Shown here piece by piece: positions 38,050 to 48,822 of a stretch of DNA of 64,000 nt. The stretch covers positions 62,001-126,000 of the IMG/VR virus record IMGVR_UViG_3300037294_000266; one strand, 5' to 3'. The notes under the pieces are model-generated. The model searched no databases. It saw only the letters and a program-made list of their open reading frames with translations, and was not told where the DNA came from. Position numbers and translations under genes: made by a program. Position 1 is the stretch's first letter. Every line of letters begins with the position of its first letter.

Positions 38050-39408
38050 TCAGATACGGCCTGGGGCGCGCCCGAGCTGATAAGACTTGAGGATTTCCAT
38101 CATCTCTTTACTGTCAGACTTGCCAGCAGTACGGATGTCCTTTGCAGTCAGCTTGGTCGGCATTTCGATACCGCGCGTATAGATGACCAGAGATTCCCAA
38201 TCAGGATCTACAACAGCCAGCAACATCGAGTAGGTGTGACCGAAGATGCCTTGACGTACCTTGAAGTTCTCCAGCTTGCCGCCAATGCGCCGCTCAAGCT
38301 CTTGAGCAGTCAGTGTGTCGATTACAATCAACGCACTGGCAGTGGCCAGTGACGGGCCTTGAGTCAAGATCTCAGCAGTGGCGTTACGACGAGCACGAGA
38401 ATAGACAGCCTTGTAATAACCAGACTCGTCTTTCATCATTGCCGCACGGTGTGCGTCGACACGGTCCATCTGGAGAACGAAGTCAGACCAGAAACCGATC
38501 TCACCAGCACGCCATGCACGATAACGACTACCAAAGGTAGCATCTGAACCACCAACGGCCAAAGTCTGAATCATGGAGTCAGATGGCATCGTGGCCACCC
38601 GCAGACGAATGGTCACTGGGACAACGGCTTCTTTGCCATCTTCGCTGATCGTTACATCGATGACGTTACCGACAGCCAGGTTCACAGCCTTCTCGACATA
38701 CTTGGCAGCAGAAGTTACACCGGTGCCGTTGTTACTGTAATTCGCTTTCTTGAACTCGGCATCAAGTTCCTTAGCCAGCTTGGCGGCTTCGGCGCCTGTG
38801 CTCTTCTTGATGTTCTCGTAATCACGGGTCAGCTTTTCCTTAAGCTTCTCATCGGTGATCTTGGCCAAGGCTTCTTCAGGCGTTAGCGCTTCCATGGAAG
38901 CAGTGCGCTCAAGCAGTTCTTGTTCAGCAACGATCTCGTCAATGAAAGGAAGGCCGAATGATTCCATGGATGTGATCAGCTTCTCAGAAGCAGTCAGTGC
39001 ATCCATGGTGGCGTTGCCCAGATCGCGATCTGTGGCGAACTTATCAAGACGCCGACCGACCGAAATGCCGTTGATTTTGGTGTCAAGAGAAACAGCCAGC
39101 AACCAATAACCAGTGAACATGTTGTACATGCTGTAAACGACGTCTTGGATGAACGGAGTGTTCAAAGAACGCTTGTCCATTAAAAGAATCGGTTCAACAC
39201 GGGCAGATTGTGTGAAGCGTACAAGGTCGCCTTGATTACTGGCCGCCAAAACTTCCTTGGTCTTTTGGATTACTTCACCTGCTGCTTGCTTGCCAATTTT
39301 CTCGGCAATGGCAGAGATGACCTGCGGAGCGTATTTGGCAAGAAGACTGCCACCGGCGATAATTAACGAGCCGGTGATAAGACCTTCTTGCGAGACTTGT
39401 TTGTTCAT
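38050..39408 (-). CDS. Virion head protein (gp89-like)
   Basis: 452 aa, SME sites, synteny. Confidence 0.65.
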   Translation of the reverse strand: MNKQVSQEGLITGSLIIAGGSLLAKYAPQVISAIAEKIGKQAAGEVIQKTKEVLAASNQGDLVRFTQSARVEPILLMDKRSLNTPFIQDVVYSMYNMFTGYWLLAVSLDTKINGISVGRRLDKFATDRDLGNATMDALTASEKLITSMESFGLPFIDEIVAEQELLERTASMEALTPEEALAKITDEKLKEKLTRDYENIKKSTGAEAAKLAKELDAEFKKANYSNNGTGVTSAAKYVEKAVNLAVGNVIDVTISEDGKEAVVPVTIRLRVATMPSDSMIQTLAVGGSDATFGSRYRAWRAGEIGFWSDFVLQMDRVDAHRAAMMKDESGYYKAVYSRARRNATAEILTQGPSLATASALIVIDTLTAQELERRIGGKLENFKVRQGIFGHTYSMLLAVVDPDWESLVIYTRGIEMPTKLTAKDIRTAGKSDSKEMMEILKSYQLGRAPGRI

Positions 39409-39437
39409 GTAAAATTCCCTTCAGAGGCGTGTAAGGA

Positions 39438-40559
39438 ATGGCTGATTATAAACTGATGAAAGAGGTGCTAGACACCATTGCCAAAGGCGGGGGCTTCGAC
39501 AGCGATGACGCATTGATGCGTCGTTTGACCCGTGAACAAGGCATGGGTGCCCTAGGGGCTCGGTTTCACGACTTGCTCGGCGGATACAACCGTACACAAC
39601 AAGGTTCTGCGGTACCAGCTAACACAGACATGCAGGGTTTGACGTTTTTCTCACGCCCAAATTTGAACCTGTCATACGATAACATCATGGCCATGCGTCA
39701 GTTGTCTGTAATGGCTAGTAATAAGCCCACTTCATACAACCGAATCATCCGTCGGATGCTCTGGCCTGACAGTATAGATAGTGACATTTCAGGCGATAAT
39801 AACATCTTCGACAACCGTCAAGCGTTTATGCCGTTACTCAGTAACTGCTTAACTAACATGTCGGGTTGGCCAGACCTTACGCTCCATGCATACAGCACAA
39901 ACGAGGGGATGGCCAAAGAAGTCTGGATGATGAACGACTCCATTGCAGAGATCAATGGTAGATTTACGCTGGACTGCACATTCGAAAACACCTTAGGCGA
40001 TCCTATATCATTCACGCTTTTTGCGTGGCTTCTATATATCGGCGGTGTCTACATGGGCACTAAGATCCAGCCAGCCGGGTACTCTATTGTCCAACGTGAA
40101 GTCGATTACATGACACGGATCTACCGGTTTGTTACAGACTGGTCAGGTCGCTATATTCAGAAGTGGGCTTCGTGTGGTGCTGCGTTCCCTGTCGGCCTTT
40201 CTATCGGTACGTCGTTTAACTATTCCCGTGAGACGCCGTACAACGAAAACAACAAACAAGTGCAAGCTTCGTTTGAATGTGTAGTAGCAGAATACAATGA
40301 CCCCATTACGTTATGGGAGTTCAACAAATTAGTGGTGATCTTTAACCCTGACATGGGTGACGGTAAGCGTGAGAAGACGATGGTGCATGTCTCCCCAGAA
40401 GAACGTAAGCTGTTTAACTATAAAGGTTTCCCGTGGATCAATCTTCAAGGTGATCCTGAACTGCAATGGTGGGTAGACAAGTCTGAATATGACGCTGTCA
40501 GTAAAGGGAAGTTGATTCTTCCAACCACCCTCAGTTCCACTCAGGTATCGCAACTATAA
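39438..40559 (+). CDS. Virion structural protein (gp88-like)
   Basis: 373 aa, divergent pair with the next gene, as recalled for phiKZ-like genomes. Confidence 0.65.
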   Translation: MADYKLMKEVLDTIAKGGGFDSDDALMRRLTREQGMGALGARFHDLLGGYNRTQQGSAVPANTDMQGLTFFSRPNLNLSYDNIMAMRQLSVMASNKPTSYNRIIRRMLWPDSIDSDISGDNNIFDNRQAFMPLLSNCLTNMSGWPDLTLHAYSTNEGMAKEVWMMNDSIAEINGRFTLDCTFENTLGDPISFTLFAWLLYIGGVYMGTKIQPAGYSIVQREVDYMTRIYRFVTDWSGRYIQKWASCGAAFPVGLSIGTSFNYSRETPYNENNKQVQASFECVVAEYNDPITLWEFNKLVVIFNPDMGDGKREKTMVHVSPEERKLFNYKGFPWINLQGDPELQWWVDKSEYDAVSKGKLILPTTLSSTQVSQL

Positions 40560-40573
40560 CACTGGAGTCTGTA

Positions 40574-43495
40574 ATGGCAAGAGCAGAACTTGATGCCTTG
40601 ATTGAGGCAGCAAAACTCAACCCGATGGCAGTGCAGCGGGCGGGTATCGAATACCTACAGCGCGTCACCAACGGTGAAGTCGAAGTCGTTGACCCAAGTA
40701 ACGCTTTCGTCTATCTGATGGAGTTTGCATCTACCCTGTTCAGTAACGGCCGGCGTAAAGCTGAGTTCTTGAACCGGGTTCAATATCCAGAACAAGCAAT
40801 GACTCGCAGTGATCTGTATCGCCACATGAGCGATGTGGATTATATCAACGTCTTCGGTTCTCCATCTGTGACCAAACTACTCATCTGTCCGAGTAAGAGT
40901 GAGGTCATGGATAAGGCGGTCGATACAGGTGTGGGCGGTATTCGTAAACTGGTCATCCCTCGTCACACCGAGATTCGTGCAGGCGATGTGCCGTTTACTT
41001 TACAATATCCGATTGAAATTCGAGTACTGGCGCACGGTGGTCTTCAGATCGTTTACGATAACGATCGTCCTTCGCCACTGATGGCTCTTGAAACCAACCA
41101 AGTCGATTGGTCTCTCGAGAACTACAACATCGGTAATGAAGAGTTCATCCAGATGGAAGTACCTGTACAGCAGGTCGCCATCAAAAGTTACACAGCAGCC
41201 CTCACTGCGGCTAAGGTATTCAGTAAGACGTACGCTATAAGCGACCAATTCCATTACTGTCGTGTCTATACCTCGTTGGGCAATGGTCAGTGGGAAGAGA
41301 TCAGAACCACTCATAGTGAACAGATCTTTGATCCAGCCACTCCTACAGCGGTTCTTAAGCTGACCGATGCTGGATTGAATGTATCGATCCCTCAGATCTA
41401 CTACAGCACAAACCTTGTCAACAAGTCAATCCGTGTCGATGTATATACCACTCGTGGTGTATTAGAACTGGCATTGAACGGTTACAGCGCTGATATGTTC
41501 ACTGCGACGTTCGCTGACTTCGACAACGATGACAACGGCAAGTACACGTCACCAGCCTCACGCATCACGTCAATCTACATGATGGCATCCAAGCCAGCTA
41601 CGGGTGGCAGTAATGCTATCAGCTTTGATAAGTTGAAAGAACGTGCGGTGAATAACGCCCTTGGTCCAATCGAGGTCCCAATCACCAACGTCCAGATCCA
41701 GACACAGTTAGATCAATTGACTGATTCGGGGTTCAGCTGCGTTCTGGTGATCGACAATACAACCCGGCGTCTTTACTCTGCCAGTCGTGAGCTACCCGCA
41801 CCGTTTGTGAAAGAAGTCTCCACAGGTGCCGGTGCTAACGTAGTGACTCTGAGTAAGTCAATTGCTCAGATCTTGGCTGAAGCCGATGTCATGGACAATG
41901 GTCAACGTATCACGGTAATGCCAACCACTCTGTATCGTGATAACGGCGGCTACCTGTCGATCGTCGATGCAGAGACTCGAGACGCGATGTTGCGTATGCC
42001 GAGCGATCTGCTGGTTGATCAGGTTACTAATGGCAACTACTTCTACACGCCTTTCCATTATGTCTACGATACTAACGACGGTGTGTTCACTGTGCGTCCG
42101 TATTACTTCGGAGACCCGACTGTAAGTAATCGGTTCTTCGTAACAGACAACGGCACCATGGGTGTGGGCGTGACGTCGAACAGTCATGTGTTTGAACGGA
42201 CTCCGACAGGCTGGGTAGTTCGGGTCATGACGAACAGCACTGATGCCATGAAAGATCTGGACGACGACGCGCTTGTTGCACAGCTAGCGTACATTCCTCC
42301 AGGCGAGATCAGTCGAGTTTACCTTAATGGTTCGCTCTATGGCCGTGACCCTAAGTCTAAGGAATGGATCTTTGAGTTCCGTTTCGATTCGACATGGGAT
42401 GTGGACAGCACTCATCACGTTTATCTGGATGGTTTTGAAGGCGAGGGGATTTCTCCTCACCCTTATCCAGCGTCGATGAACACTGTGTTCGACATCTTCT
42501 ACGGCGTAGAGACTGCTCAGGTCGAAGCGGGTGAGCGTACCAGCATTGATGACAACATGGGCATGTTCATGTACCCGAATAGCCTTGCTGGTCTGTATCA
42601 TGAACAGGTGACACTCAAGTTAGGTGAATCTCTTGAAGGTCTCTGGGCACGGGCTCGTTCAACTGCTGGTGAAGAACAGTACATGCGGTATGAGGAAGAC
42701 ATTCCTAGCCGTTATACCGCTAACGTTCCAGAGTTGAATGACGAGACGGGTGCGGTGGTTGTGGATTACGATGGCGATGGTAAGCCGTACGTTGTTTACA
42801 AGCATCGGGTCGGTGACATCATGACAGATCCTGAAACTGAGCATGAAATCATCCTGCATCGTGCAGGTACCATCATGTATCAGAATGGCGAACCTATCGT
42901 CAAGACGCCTCGTGCGGTTCTGCGACAGGTTGAACTCTGTCTTCTTGACGGTGCTTACTACTTTGTAACCAACGATACTGATGTTGCCTACCGGGAAACC
43001 GTCCCGCAACAGATTGTAGAGTGGGTTAACATCACTCTTGCTCCGATCCGTAAGAAGCTCTTGGAGAACACCACTCTGTGGTTCCATCCTAAGGCCACTG
43101 TGGGTCTGATCAAAGCAATCGTTGATGGTAGCTTAGCAATGACGATGCAAGCTGCTCAGCACCTTGAGGTGGAGTATTTCGTCGATGCTAACGTCTACCG
43201 TAACGAAGCCCTTAAAGAAGAAATTCGTAAAAGCACCCGCAAGACAATCACCGCTGCATTTAAAGCACTTCAAGTAAGCCGCGATGGATTACAAAGCGAA
43301 CTGAAAGATGTGATGGGTGATGATGTAATGTCTGTCTCTGTGAGTAATCTCGGAGGCGTGAGTAATTACAGCGTCATTACCATGGCAGATGAGTCTTCTC
43401 GTCTGTGTATCGGTAAGAAGCTTGTAGCACTGCCGAACGCAACGTTCGGTGTTGAAGACAGTATAGACATCGTCTTCTCGAAACATTCATCGTGA
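40574..43495 (+). CDS. Large virion structural protein (gp87-like; possible baseplate component)
   Basis: 973 aa, beta-rich, synteny. Confidence 0.7.
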   Translation: MARAELDALIEAAKLNPMAVQRAGIEYLQRVTNGEVEVVDPSNAFVYLMEFASTLFSNGRRKAEFLNRVQYPEQAMTRSDLYRHMSDVDYINVFGSPSVTKLLICPSKSEVMDKAVDTGVGGIRKLVIPRHTEIRAGDVPFTLQYPIEIRVLAHGGLQIVYDNDRPSPLMALETNQVDWSLENYNIGNEEFIQMEVPVQQVAIKSYTAALTAAKVFSKTYAISDQFHYCRVYTSLGNGQWEEIRTTHSEQIFDPATPTAVLKLTDAGLNVSIPQIYYSTNLVNKSIRVDVYTTRGVLELALNGYSADMFTATFADFDNDDNGKYTSPASRITSIYMMASKPATGGSNAISFDKLKERAVNNALGPIEVPITNVQIQTQLDQLTDSGFSCVLVIDNTTRRLYSASRELPAPFVKEVSTGAGANVVTLSKSIAQILAEADVMDNGQRITVMPTTLYRDNGGYLSIVDAETRDAMLRMPSDLLVDQVTNGNYFYTPFHYVYDTNDGVFTVRPYYFGDPTVSNRFFVTDNGTMGVGVTSNSHVFERTPTGWVVRVMTNSTDAMKDLDDDALVAQLAYIPPGEISRVYLNGSLYGRDPKSKEWIFEFRFDSTWDVDSTHHVYLDGFEGEGISPHPYPASMNTVFDIFYGVETAQVEAGERTSIDDNMGMFMYPNSLAGLYHEQVTLKLGESLEGLWARARSTAGEEQYMRYEEDIPSRYTANVPELNDETGAVVVDYDGDGKPYVVYKHRVGDIMTDPETEHEIILHRAGTIMYQNGEPIVKTPRAVLRQVELCLLDGAYYFVTNDTDVAYRETVPQQIVEWVNITLAPIRKKLLENTTLWFHPKATVGLIKAIVDGSLAMTMQAAQHLEVEYFVDANVYRNEALKEEIRKSTRKTITAAFKALQVSRDGLQSELKDVMGDDVMSVSVSNLGGVSNYSVITMADESSRLCIGKKLVALPNATFGVEDSIDIVFSKHSS

Positions 43496-43498
43496 CAG

Positions 43499-43530
43499 CA
43501 TACAGGGAGGGCCTAGGCCCTCCCTGTATG
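43499..43530. terminator. Stem-loop between convergent genes (CATACAGGGAGGG family)
   Basis: CATACAGGGAGGGC-CTAG-GCCCTCCCTGTATG. Confidence 0.75.
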
Positions 43531-43533
43531 TCG

Positions 43534-44736
43534 TTATGCTTTAACAACCCCTGCTTCAATAAGGGTCTTTGACATTTTGGTAGTTGTCGTTATGAAGACA
43601 CTGACCAGCACTTGGAGATTGTACAACACGTTAACTACTTCACGCTGAACTGTTAGATCGCCCGTTACTTTGTCAAGTACTTCTTTTGTGGCAGCTTTGT
43701 CTGTCGCTTTCTTTTCAAGACTGTCCACTGACTTATTGGCCATGACAAGCGCACTGTTAACCTTAGAGGTCATCTTGCCAGCTATGCCTTTAGGGATCGT
43801 TGCCAATGTAGCCTGATAACGTCCAATGGTGCTGACCGCTTCGAATTCTTTATGGCTTACTGGGAGGTTGATCAGTGCACGCGCATCGAATGCAATGTCG
43901 GTACTGCCAATGCCAATCGAAGTGATCGTGCGGGCCGAGTTAGATTCGTTCGGAATCACTTCGGCGATTTCTTTCACGATCGGTAACAGTTGCTCTAACG
44001 TAACCGCCTCACCTGCATCAAGATACACGTCGCAGAACTTCACTACGTTATATGTCAACCCTCGGATCATAGAGCCTCTGATCATGTGGTAGATAAACAT
44101 ATTGGATTTAACGTAAACCAAACTTTCTTTTCGTTCGAACGAAGGGAATGGTTCTGGTGTGAAGTGTTCAGCATTTGAAAGCTCTGGTTTGATGAGATCC
44201 AAGTTGGTTTTCGATACCACCTTTTGGTTGAACTCATCTGCAGCTTTGGCTTTTGGCAGGTTTGCACGGAAGGTAGCAGAGAAAGATTTGATCTTACTCC
44301 TTATCCACGCAATGATTTTTCGAATGGTCGCCACGACAGAAGTCAACGCTCTTGAGAAAATACTTTCCATGGAAACGTCAAAGTTGACTTTGGAAGGCAT
44401 CTCGGTAAAGCTGTTGATTGGAGTGCTGGCGAACATGTCGTCGAAGCCTTCCATTGACGCTGTCATTGCATGGAGAGACTGGGCATCCACACGAGAAATA
44501 GAACCAGACTCTCGGATATTTCCCAACACTGCCAGTAGGGATTCAAGACTAGGAGAAATCCCCAATTCTTCTAATGTATCTGGGGGTAGGAGAGACAGTT
44601 CACCATCAACGCGGTCGATCTCTTCAACCAGTTCTTCAAACGACGCTGACTCAATACGTGTAACTTCTTCAGGTGATAAGCATGCAGCAATCTCGTTGAT
44701 ATCTAGGATTGCTCCTGACTCAGAAATCATGGTCAT
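43534..44736 (-). CDS. Internal head protein (gp86-like)
   Basis: SFE, SLE and SME sites, then IRKIIAWIRSKIK helix. Confidence 0.7.
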   Translation of the reverse strand: MTMISESGAILDINEIAACLSPEEVTRIESASFEELVEEIDRVDGELSLLPPDTLEELGISPSLESLLAVLGNIRESGSISRVDAQSLHAMTASMEGFDDMFASTPINSFTEMPSKVNFDVSMESIFSRALTSVVATIRKIIAWIRSKIKSFSATFRANLPKAKAADEFNQKVVSKTNLDLIKPELSNAEHFTPEPFPSFERKESLVYVKSNMFIYHMIRGSMIRGLTYNVVKFCDVYLDAGEAVTLEQLLPIVKEIAEVIPNESNSARTITSIGIGSTDIAFDARALINLPVSHKEFEAVSTIGRYQATLATIPKGIAGKMTSKVNSALVMANKSVDSLEKKATDKAATKEVLDKVTGDLTVQREVVNVLYNLQVLVSVFITTTTKMSKTLIEAGVVKA

Positions 44737-44752
44737 TTTAATTCCTCATAAC

Positions 44753-44774
44753 GCGAGGGAGCGGACTCCCTCGC
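44753..44774. terminator. Intergenic stem-loop
   Basis: GCGAGGGAG-CGGA-CTCCCTCGC. Confidence 0.7.
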
Positions 44775-44783
44775 TGTATAGAT

Positions 44784-45215
44784 TTAGACAATGAAACGAC
44801 GGACGAATTCGGTCAGTTCACTACGAAGAAGACCACCCATGCCTGTCTGTAGGACGTTGGCATGCACTGCACTTACCGAAGCCTGGAATGCTGGCCGGCT
44901 CAACTGCGCGCAGATGTCTTCAACAGACAGTAGACGCGGCTCGTAAGCGACGGTGTAACGATTCTTGTAGACATCGACCACCATGGTGTACACGACGTTT
45001 ACTGCGAATGGATACATCTCGTTCAGTTCGCCAATGACGCGCTTGGCATTATCAGAATGGAACTGTTCAAAATGAGCGACAATGCTTTCCACTTTGCCGC
45101 TTGGCAGATCAAACGCGTAACCGAGTTCGATGGCGATGGCAACTTCCAGTGCAGGTTTACGCGACTGTGCTTCTGGAATCGTGTCCAGCAGTTGGATCAA
45201 GCGAGAGATGTTCAT
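44784..45215 (-). CDS. Conserved phiKZ-like virion protein
   Basis: 143 aa, synteny. Confidence 0.6.
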   Translation of the reverse strand: MNISRLIQLLDTIPEAQSRKPALEVAIAIELGYAFDLPSGKVESIVAHFEQFHSDNAKRVIGELNEMYPFAVNVVYTMVVDVYKNRYTVAYEPRLLSVEDICAQLSRPAFQASVSAVHANVLQTGMGGLLRSELTEFVRRFIV

Positions 45216-45217
45216 GG

Positions 45218-46549
45218 TTACACCGTTTGGGTCTGGAGTTTGTTGGAGAGTTCGAAAAGCCGGTTGTTGACCAAGCTCTCTAATTGACGTTGGAACTTCT
45301 GCTGAGCAGGATGTCCGGTCATGATCCCAAGAAGGAAATCGCCGATCAGTGACGGACCAAAGAAACTACTGGTAGTCAATGACTTCAGCACTTCGTCGAT
45401 GGCTTCGATCTGAGCAATAATTTCAGTACGCTGCCGGACTGACAGATTCTGATCTTTAGACGACGAGATCAATTCACGACGCATCGCTTCATACCGCTTA
45501 GGAATCGGATCGTAGATGCCATTGTCGTAATCGGCAAGCAGTGACGTAAGAACAAACAGACTACCTGCTAGGATAAGTGGAATGCCGCCGCCTATAGCAG
45601 ACAGTCCGATGGTGACCGCTCCGATGTAGATGCCACCTGCCCCTAAGAACAATTTAAGATAACCGTAAAGGGAGGCCATCGTGTTGGCAAACCGGCCACG
45701 ATACTCTTTGAAGTAGACTGGATAAGCGCGATACATGAAGTCGAGAGCTTCGACAATATACTGGCCGCCGCCATGTCGAGCAACGAATTGGTCTGCCGAG
45801 AACTCAAATGCACGGCGATCGTAAAACTTGGTGCCGAGTTCAGAACGAATGCTCTCAACCATACCTGCCATGACGATCTGCTGAATCAACAACGGATCAG
45901 TCGAGCGGTTGATTTCGCCAAGGTCGCGCAGGCGCCAACCTGTTTTCTGTTCAGCAACCTTAACGATCTCCTGGATGATCTTGTCATCCCCTCCTTCATG
46001 CTGACGACGAGTGATTTCAGCCACCACGACGTTAGACAGCACAAAGTTACCCAGGTAGCGAAGGTAGGTAAAGCCGTGACCGATTTCATGCAGTGCCACG
46101 GCTGCGATGTGTTTACCAGTGATTTCACGCATGTCAGGATCGGTGAAGAACTCAGTTGCTACAAACACATCCACTGGGATTTCACTGTAGATGCCAGATA
46201 CCTTACCTTTCTTAACATCGACGATGCCTTTGAAAAGCTCCTGTTCTGACACAGGACGGCCGAAACGCTGTACCTTGGTAGCCAGTTCGTCTGGACGCAT
46301 TGGTGAAGCGATATCAGCCTGTGGTGGGATCACGTAAGCGTTCGGTCCGCCACAACGGACGAAGTGGAAGTTGAAGTGCATCCCAGTGTGTTTCTTGGCG
46401 ATCTTGTGGAGGGCAGCTGAGGCTTTGTTGAAGACGTCCTTAGTAGGAGTCTGGATACAAGCATCGTACTGTGCAGCCATTTCACTGAGGAGCGTAGAGT
46501 CCCGTTGGAAGTCAATGGCTTCCATCGATGCTGTAAGGGCTTTATTCAT
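45218..46549 (-). CDS. Virion head protein with zincin metalloprotease motif
   Basis: N-terminal ASME site, ALHEIGHGF (HExxH) and EFSADQF. Start revised to 46549. Confidence 0.7.
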   Translation of the reverse strand: MNKALTASMEAIDFQRDSTLLSEMAAQYDACIQTPTKDVFNKASAALHKIAKKHTGMHFNFHFVRCGGPNAYVIPPQADIASPMRPDELATKVQRFGRPVSEQELFKGIVDVKKGKVSGIYSEIPVDVFVATEFFTDPDMREITGKHIAAVALHEIGHGFTYLRYLGNFVLSNVVVAEITRRQHEGGDDKIIQEIVKVAEQKTGWRLRDLGEINRSTDPLLIQQIVMAGMVESIRSELGTKFYDRRAFEFSADQFVARHGGGQYIVEALDFMYRAYPVYFKEYRGRFANTMASLYGYLKLFLGAGGIYIGAVTIGLSAIGGGIPLILAGSLFVLTSLLADYDNGIYDPIPKRYEAMRRELISSSKDQNLSVRQRTEIIAQIEAIDEVLKSLTTSSFFGPSLIGDFLLGIMTGHPAQQKFQRQLESLVNNRLFELSNKLQTQTV

Positions 46550-46678
46550 GACAAAGTCTCTTAAATTAATTACTGTCGGACAAATCCAATCATAGTGATT
46601 AGCGTAAATTCTTACCAAGTTTAGGTATTACTTTGTATAAGGACTGCGGTCAGCCAGAATCAATAGTGAGACATACCA

Positions 46679-48403
46679 ATGACTACTGTTAAGAAAACGC
46701 CTCTATTTGATAAAGAGGATGTACTCGGCCTTGAGTGTAAACATGCCGTTTATACCGAAAGTACTCGTAATGATACAGACGATCTCCTGACCGTAAAGGA
46801 GCTCGTCCACCTTAAAGATGGACGGAAGGTTCCACGCCTCCGGTTCTACAAGAACCGTCCACGTCCATTCTGGATCACGAAAGAAAAGTACAAGAACCAC
46901 ACTGACAAAAAAGAAGTAGAGTACGAAGACAAGTTAGTGAAGGTCGAGTGTCAGCAACGTGAACTTAACAGACAGATTGTTAAGCGCCTTGGTTATGGCA
47001 ACCCTAAGCAGCAGTTACGTACTCTGTGTCGCGACCCATTCATCTACGGTGCTGACATCAGTCCAGCTACTCTCCTCAAGAACCAGTATCAGGAGAAATG
47101 GCCTGGTCTCTTCCATTCCAATAGCGTAGCGGTACTCGATACCGAGACTGACATGTGGAATGAGAATGGTGGTAAGGACATCATCATTTCTACAGTCACT
47201 CTGAAGAACAAGGCCATCGTTACAATCCTCGACACCTGGATTGCCGGCATTCCTGATGCTGAGAATCAGATCCTTGAGGCGCTTGATAAGAACCTAGGTC
47301 ATATCACTAAGCCACGTGGTATCGAGTTCGAGATCAAGATCATGAAGTCTCCTGGGGCTATGGTCAAGGAATGTATCGACAAGTGTCACGAATGGATGCC
47401 TGACTTTGTGACGTTCTGGAACATGGACTTCGACATGACGGTGATGCTCAGAGCGCTAGAAGCAGAAGGCTATAACTTAGCTGATGTCTTCAGTGCACCT
47501 GAAGTACCACCTGAATATCGTTACATGCGTTATAAGCGCGGTCCTGACCAGAAGATCAAAGCAGACGGCAAGGCTGAGAACCTGGCATGGTACGACAAAT
47601 GGCACGTGGTAGAGACACCATCCAGTCATTTCTGGATTGATGCGGCTGCTGTCTACCGGAACATCCGTCGAGCTAAGGGTAAGGAGCCCAGTTACTCTCT
47701 TGACAACATTTTAAAGAAGAACCTGGGCGAAGAGTGGGGTAAACTCTACTTCCCCACAGGCGACTCCACAGCGCCTTCTGGCAGTGTCGAGTGGCACCAA
47801 CAAATGCAGAAGTACTTTAAAGTCAATTACGTCGTATACAACGTCTACGACTGCATTGGTGTTGAGTTGCTTGATGAAAAGGTAACTGACCTGAATACTC
47901 AAATCGGGATCCTGTCAGGCAGTTCTGAGTACAATGTGTTTAACTCTAACCCTAAGCGTAACGTCAGTGCGTTTTACTTTGACATGCTTAAGGAAGGGCT
48001 GATTGCAGGAACGTTGTCGGATCAGATGGAGACTGAGCTTGATAAGTCTCTACTCGGGAAGGAAGATTGGATCGTAACACTCTCTACGCACAACGTAGTG
48101 CCTAACGGCGTGTTCATGGTTCGTGATCTACCATCGGTTCGTTCATTTGTACGACGGTACACATCAGACGCTGACATCGGTTCGACTTACCCTAACGGTG
48201 AGATCATCATGAACCTGTCTAAGATGACGACCATGTACGAAGTATGTCGTATAGAAGGCGTGACGTCCAGTAAGCAACGACTCATCGGCGTTAACCTTAC
48301 GGGCGGGCCTGTGAACGCCATTGAGATCCTCATGGATACCATGAAGGCTCCTGATCCATTCGTACTGTTAGAAGATTATCGTAAAGAACTTGCAGCTGCT
48401 TAA
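46679..48403 (+). CDS. Split family-B DNA polymerase subunit with 3'-5' exonuclease (phiKZ gp82-like)
   Basis: ExoI LDTETD, ExoII FWNMDFD, ExoIII YNVYDC, motif A DADIGSTYP, NLSKMT. Motif C is absent and is expected in a separate subunit. Confidence 0.85.
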   Translation: MTTVKKTPLFDKEDVLGLECKHAVYTESTRNDTDDLLTVKELVHLKDGRKVPRLRFYKNRPRPFWITKEKYKNHTDKKEVEYEDKLVKVECQQRELNRQIVKRLGYGNPKQQLRTLCRDPFIYGADISPATLLKNQYQEKWPGLFHSNSVAVLDTETDMWNENGGKDIIISTVTLKNKAIVTILDTWIAGIPDAENQILEALDKNLGHITKPRGIEFEIKIMKSPGAMVKECIDKCHEWMPDFVTFWNMDFDMTVMLRALEAEGYNLADVFSAPEVPPEYRYMRYKRGPDQKIKADGKAENLAWYDKWHVVETPSSHFWIDAAAVYRNIRRAKGKEPSYSLDNILKKNLGEEWGKLYFPTGDSTAPSGSVEWHQQMQKYFKVNYVVYNVYDCIGVELLDEKVTDLNTQIGILSGSSEYNVFNSNPKRNVSAFYFDMLKEGLIAGTLSDQMETELDKSLLGKEDWIVTLSTHNVVPNGVFMVRDLPSVRSFVRRYTSDADIGSTYPNGEIIMNLSKMTTMYEVCRIEGVTSSKQRLIGVNLTGGPVNAIEILMDTMKAPDPFVLLEDYRKELAAA

Positions 48404-48428
48404 ACAAATAAAAAATGTTTGACAAAGA

Positions 48429-48465
48429 AGACCACTATACCGACATGTAGCCGGTATAGTGGTCT
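48429..48465. terminator. Stem-loop between convergent genes
   Basis: AGACCACTATACCG...CGGTATAGTGGTCT, 14 bp. Confidence 0.75.
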
Positions 48466-48479
48466 CTATGTTGGTTTCA

Positions 48480-48701
48480 TTAGAACATTGTTCTTAACAC
48501 GTCGAACAGCCAGGATGCTTTCTGCGAATAAACGTCCCATCTCATCAGTACCTTAAATAGCCCGAATGACACTCGCCATTTGTTATCGACAAGTAGTTTA
48601 ACCATTCTCTTTACTAACGGTGTTTTCTGCTTCTTTCTTACCTCCCTTTTCTTTTTGTTATGTCTGTTGTTTCTATTGTGTAGCTTGTTTTTATTTTTCA
48701 T
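48480..48701 (-). CDS. Small highly basic protein
   Basis: Lys/Arg/Asn-rich N-terminus, AGGGA SD. Confidence 0.55.
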   Translation of the reverse strand: MKNKNKLHNRNNRHNKKKREVRKKQKTPLVKRMVKLLVDNKWRVSFGLFKVLMRWDVYSQKASWLFDVLRTMF

Positions 48702-48822
48702 AGTTAAGTCCCTGTTAAGGCGAGGACAATCGTCCCCAACCCGGTTAATTAGTCATTGAATCTCGCAATGAGATCGGGGTTGACTTAGACCCTCTCTTAA
48801 TTTAACATACTAGAGGAGTATG

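Noticed and set aside
46679-48403. Intein or intron in the DNA polymerase
   Set aside because: Continuous motifs at the expected size, with no splicing signatures.
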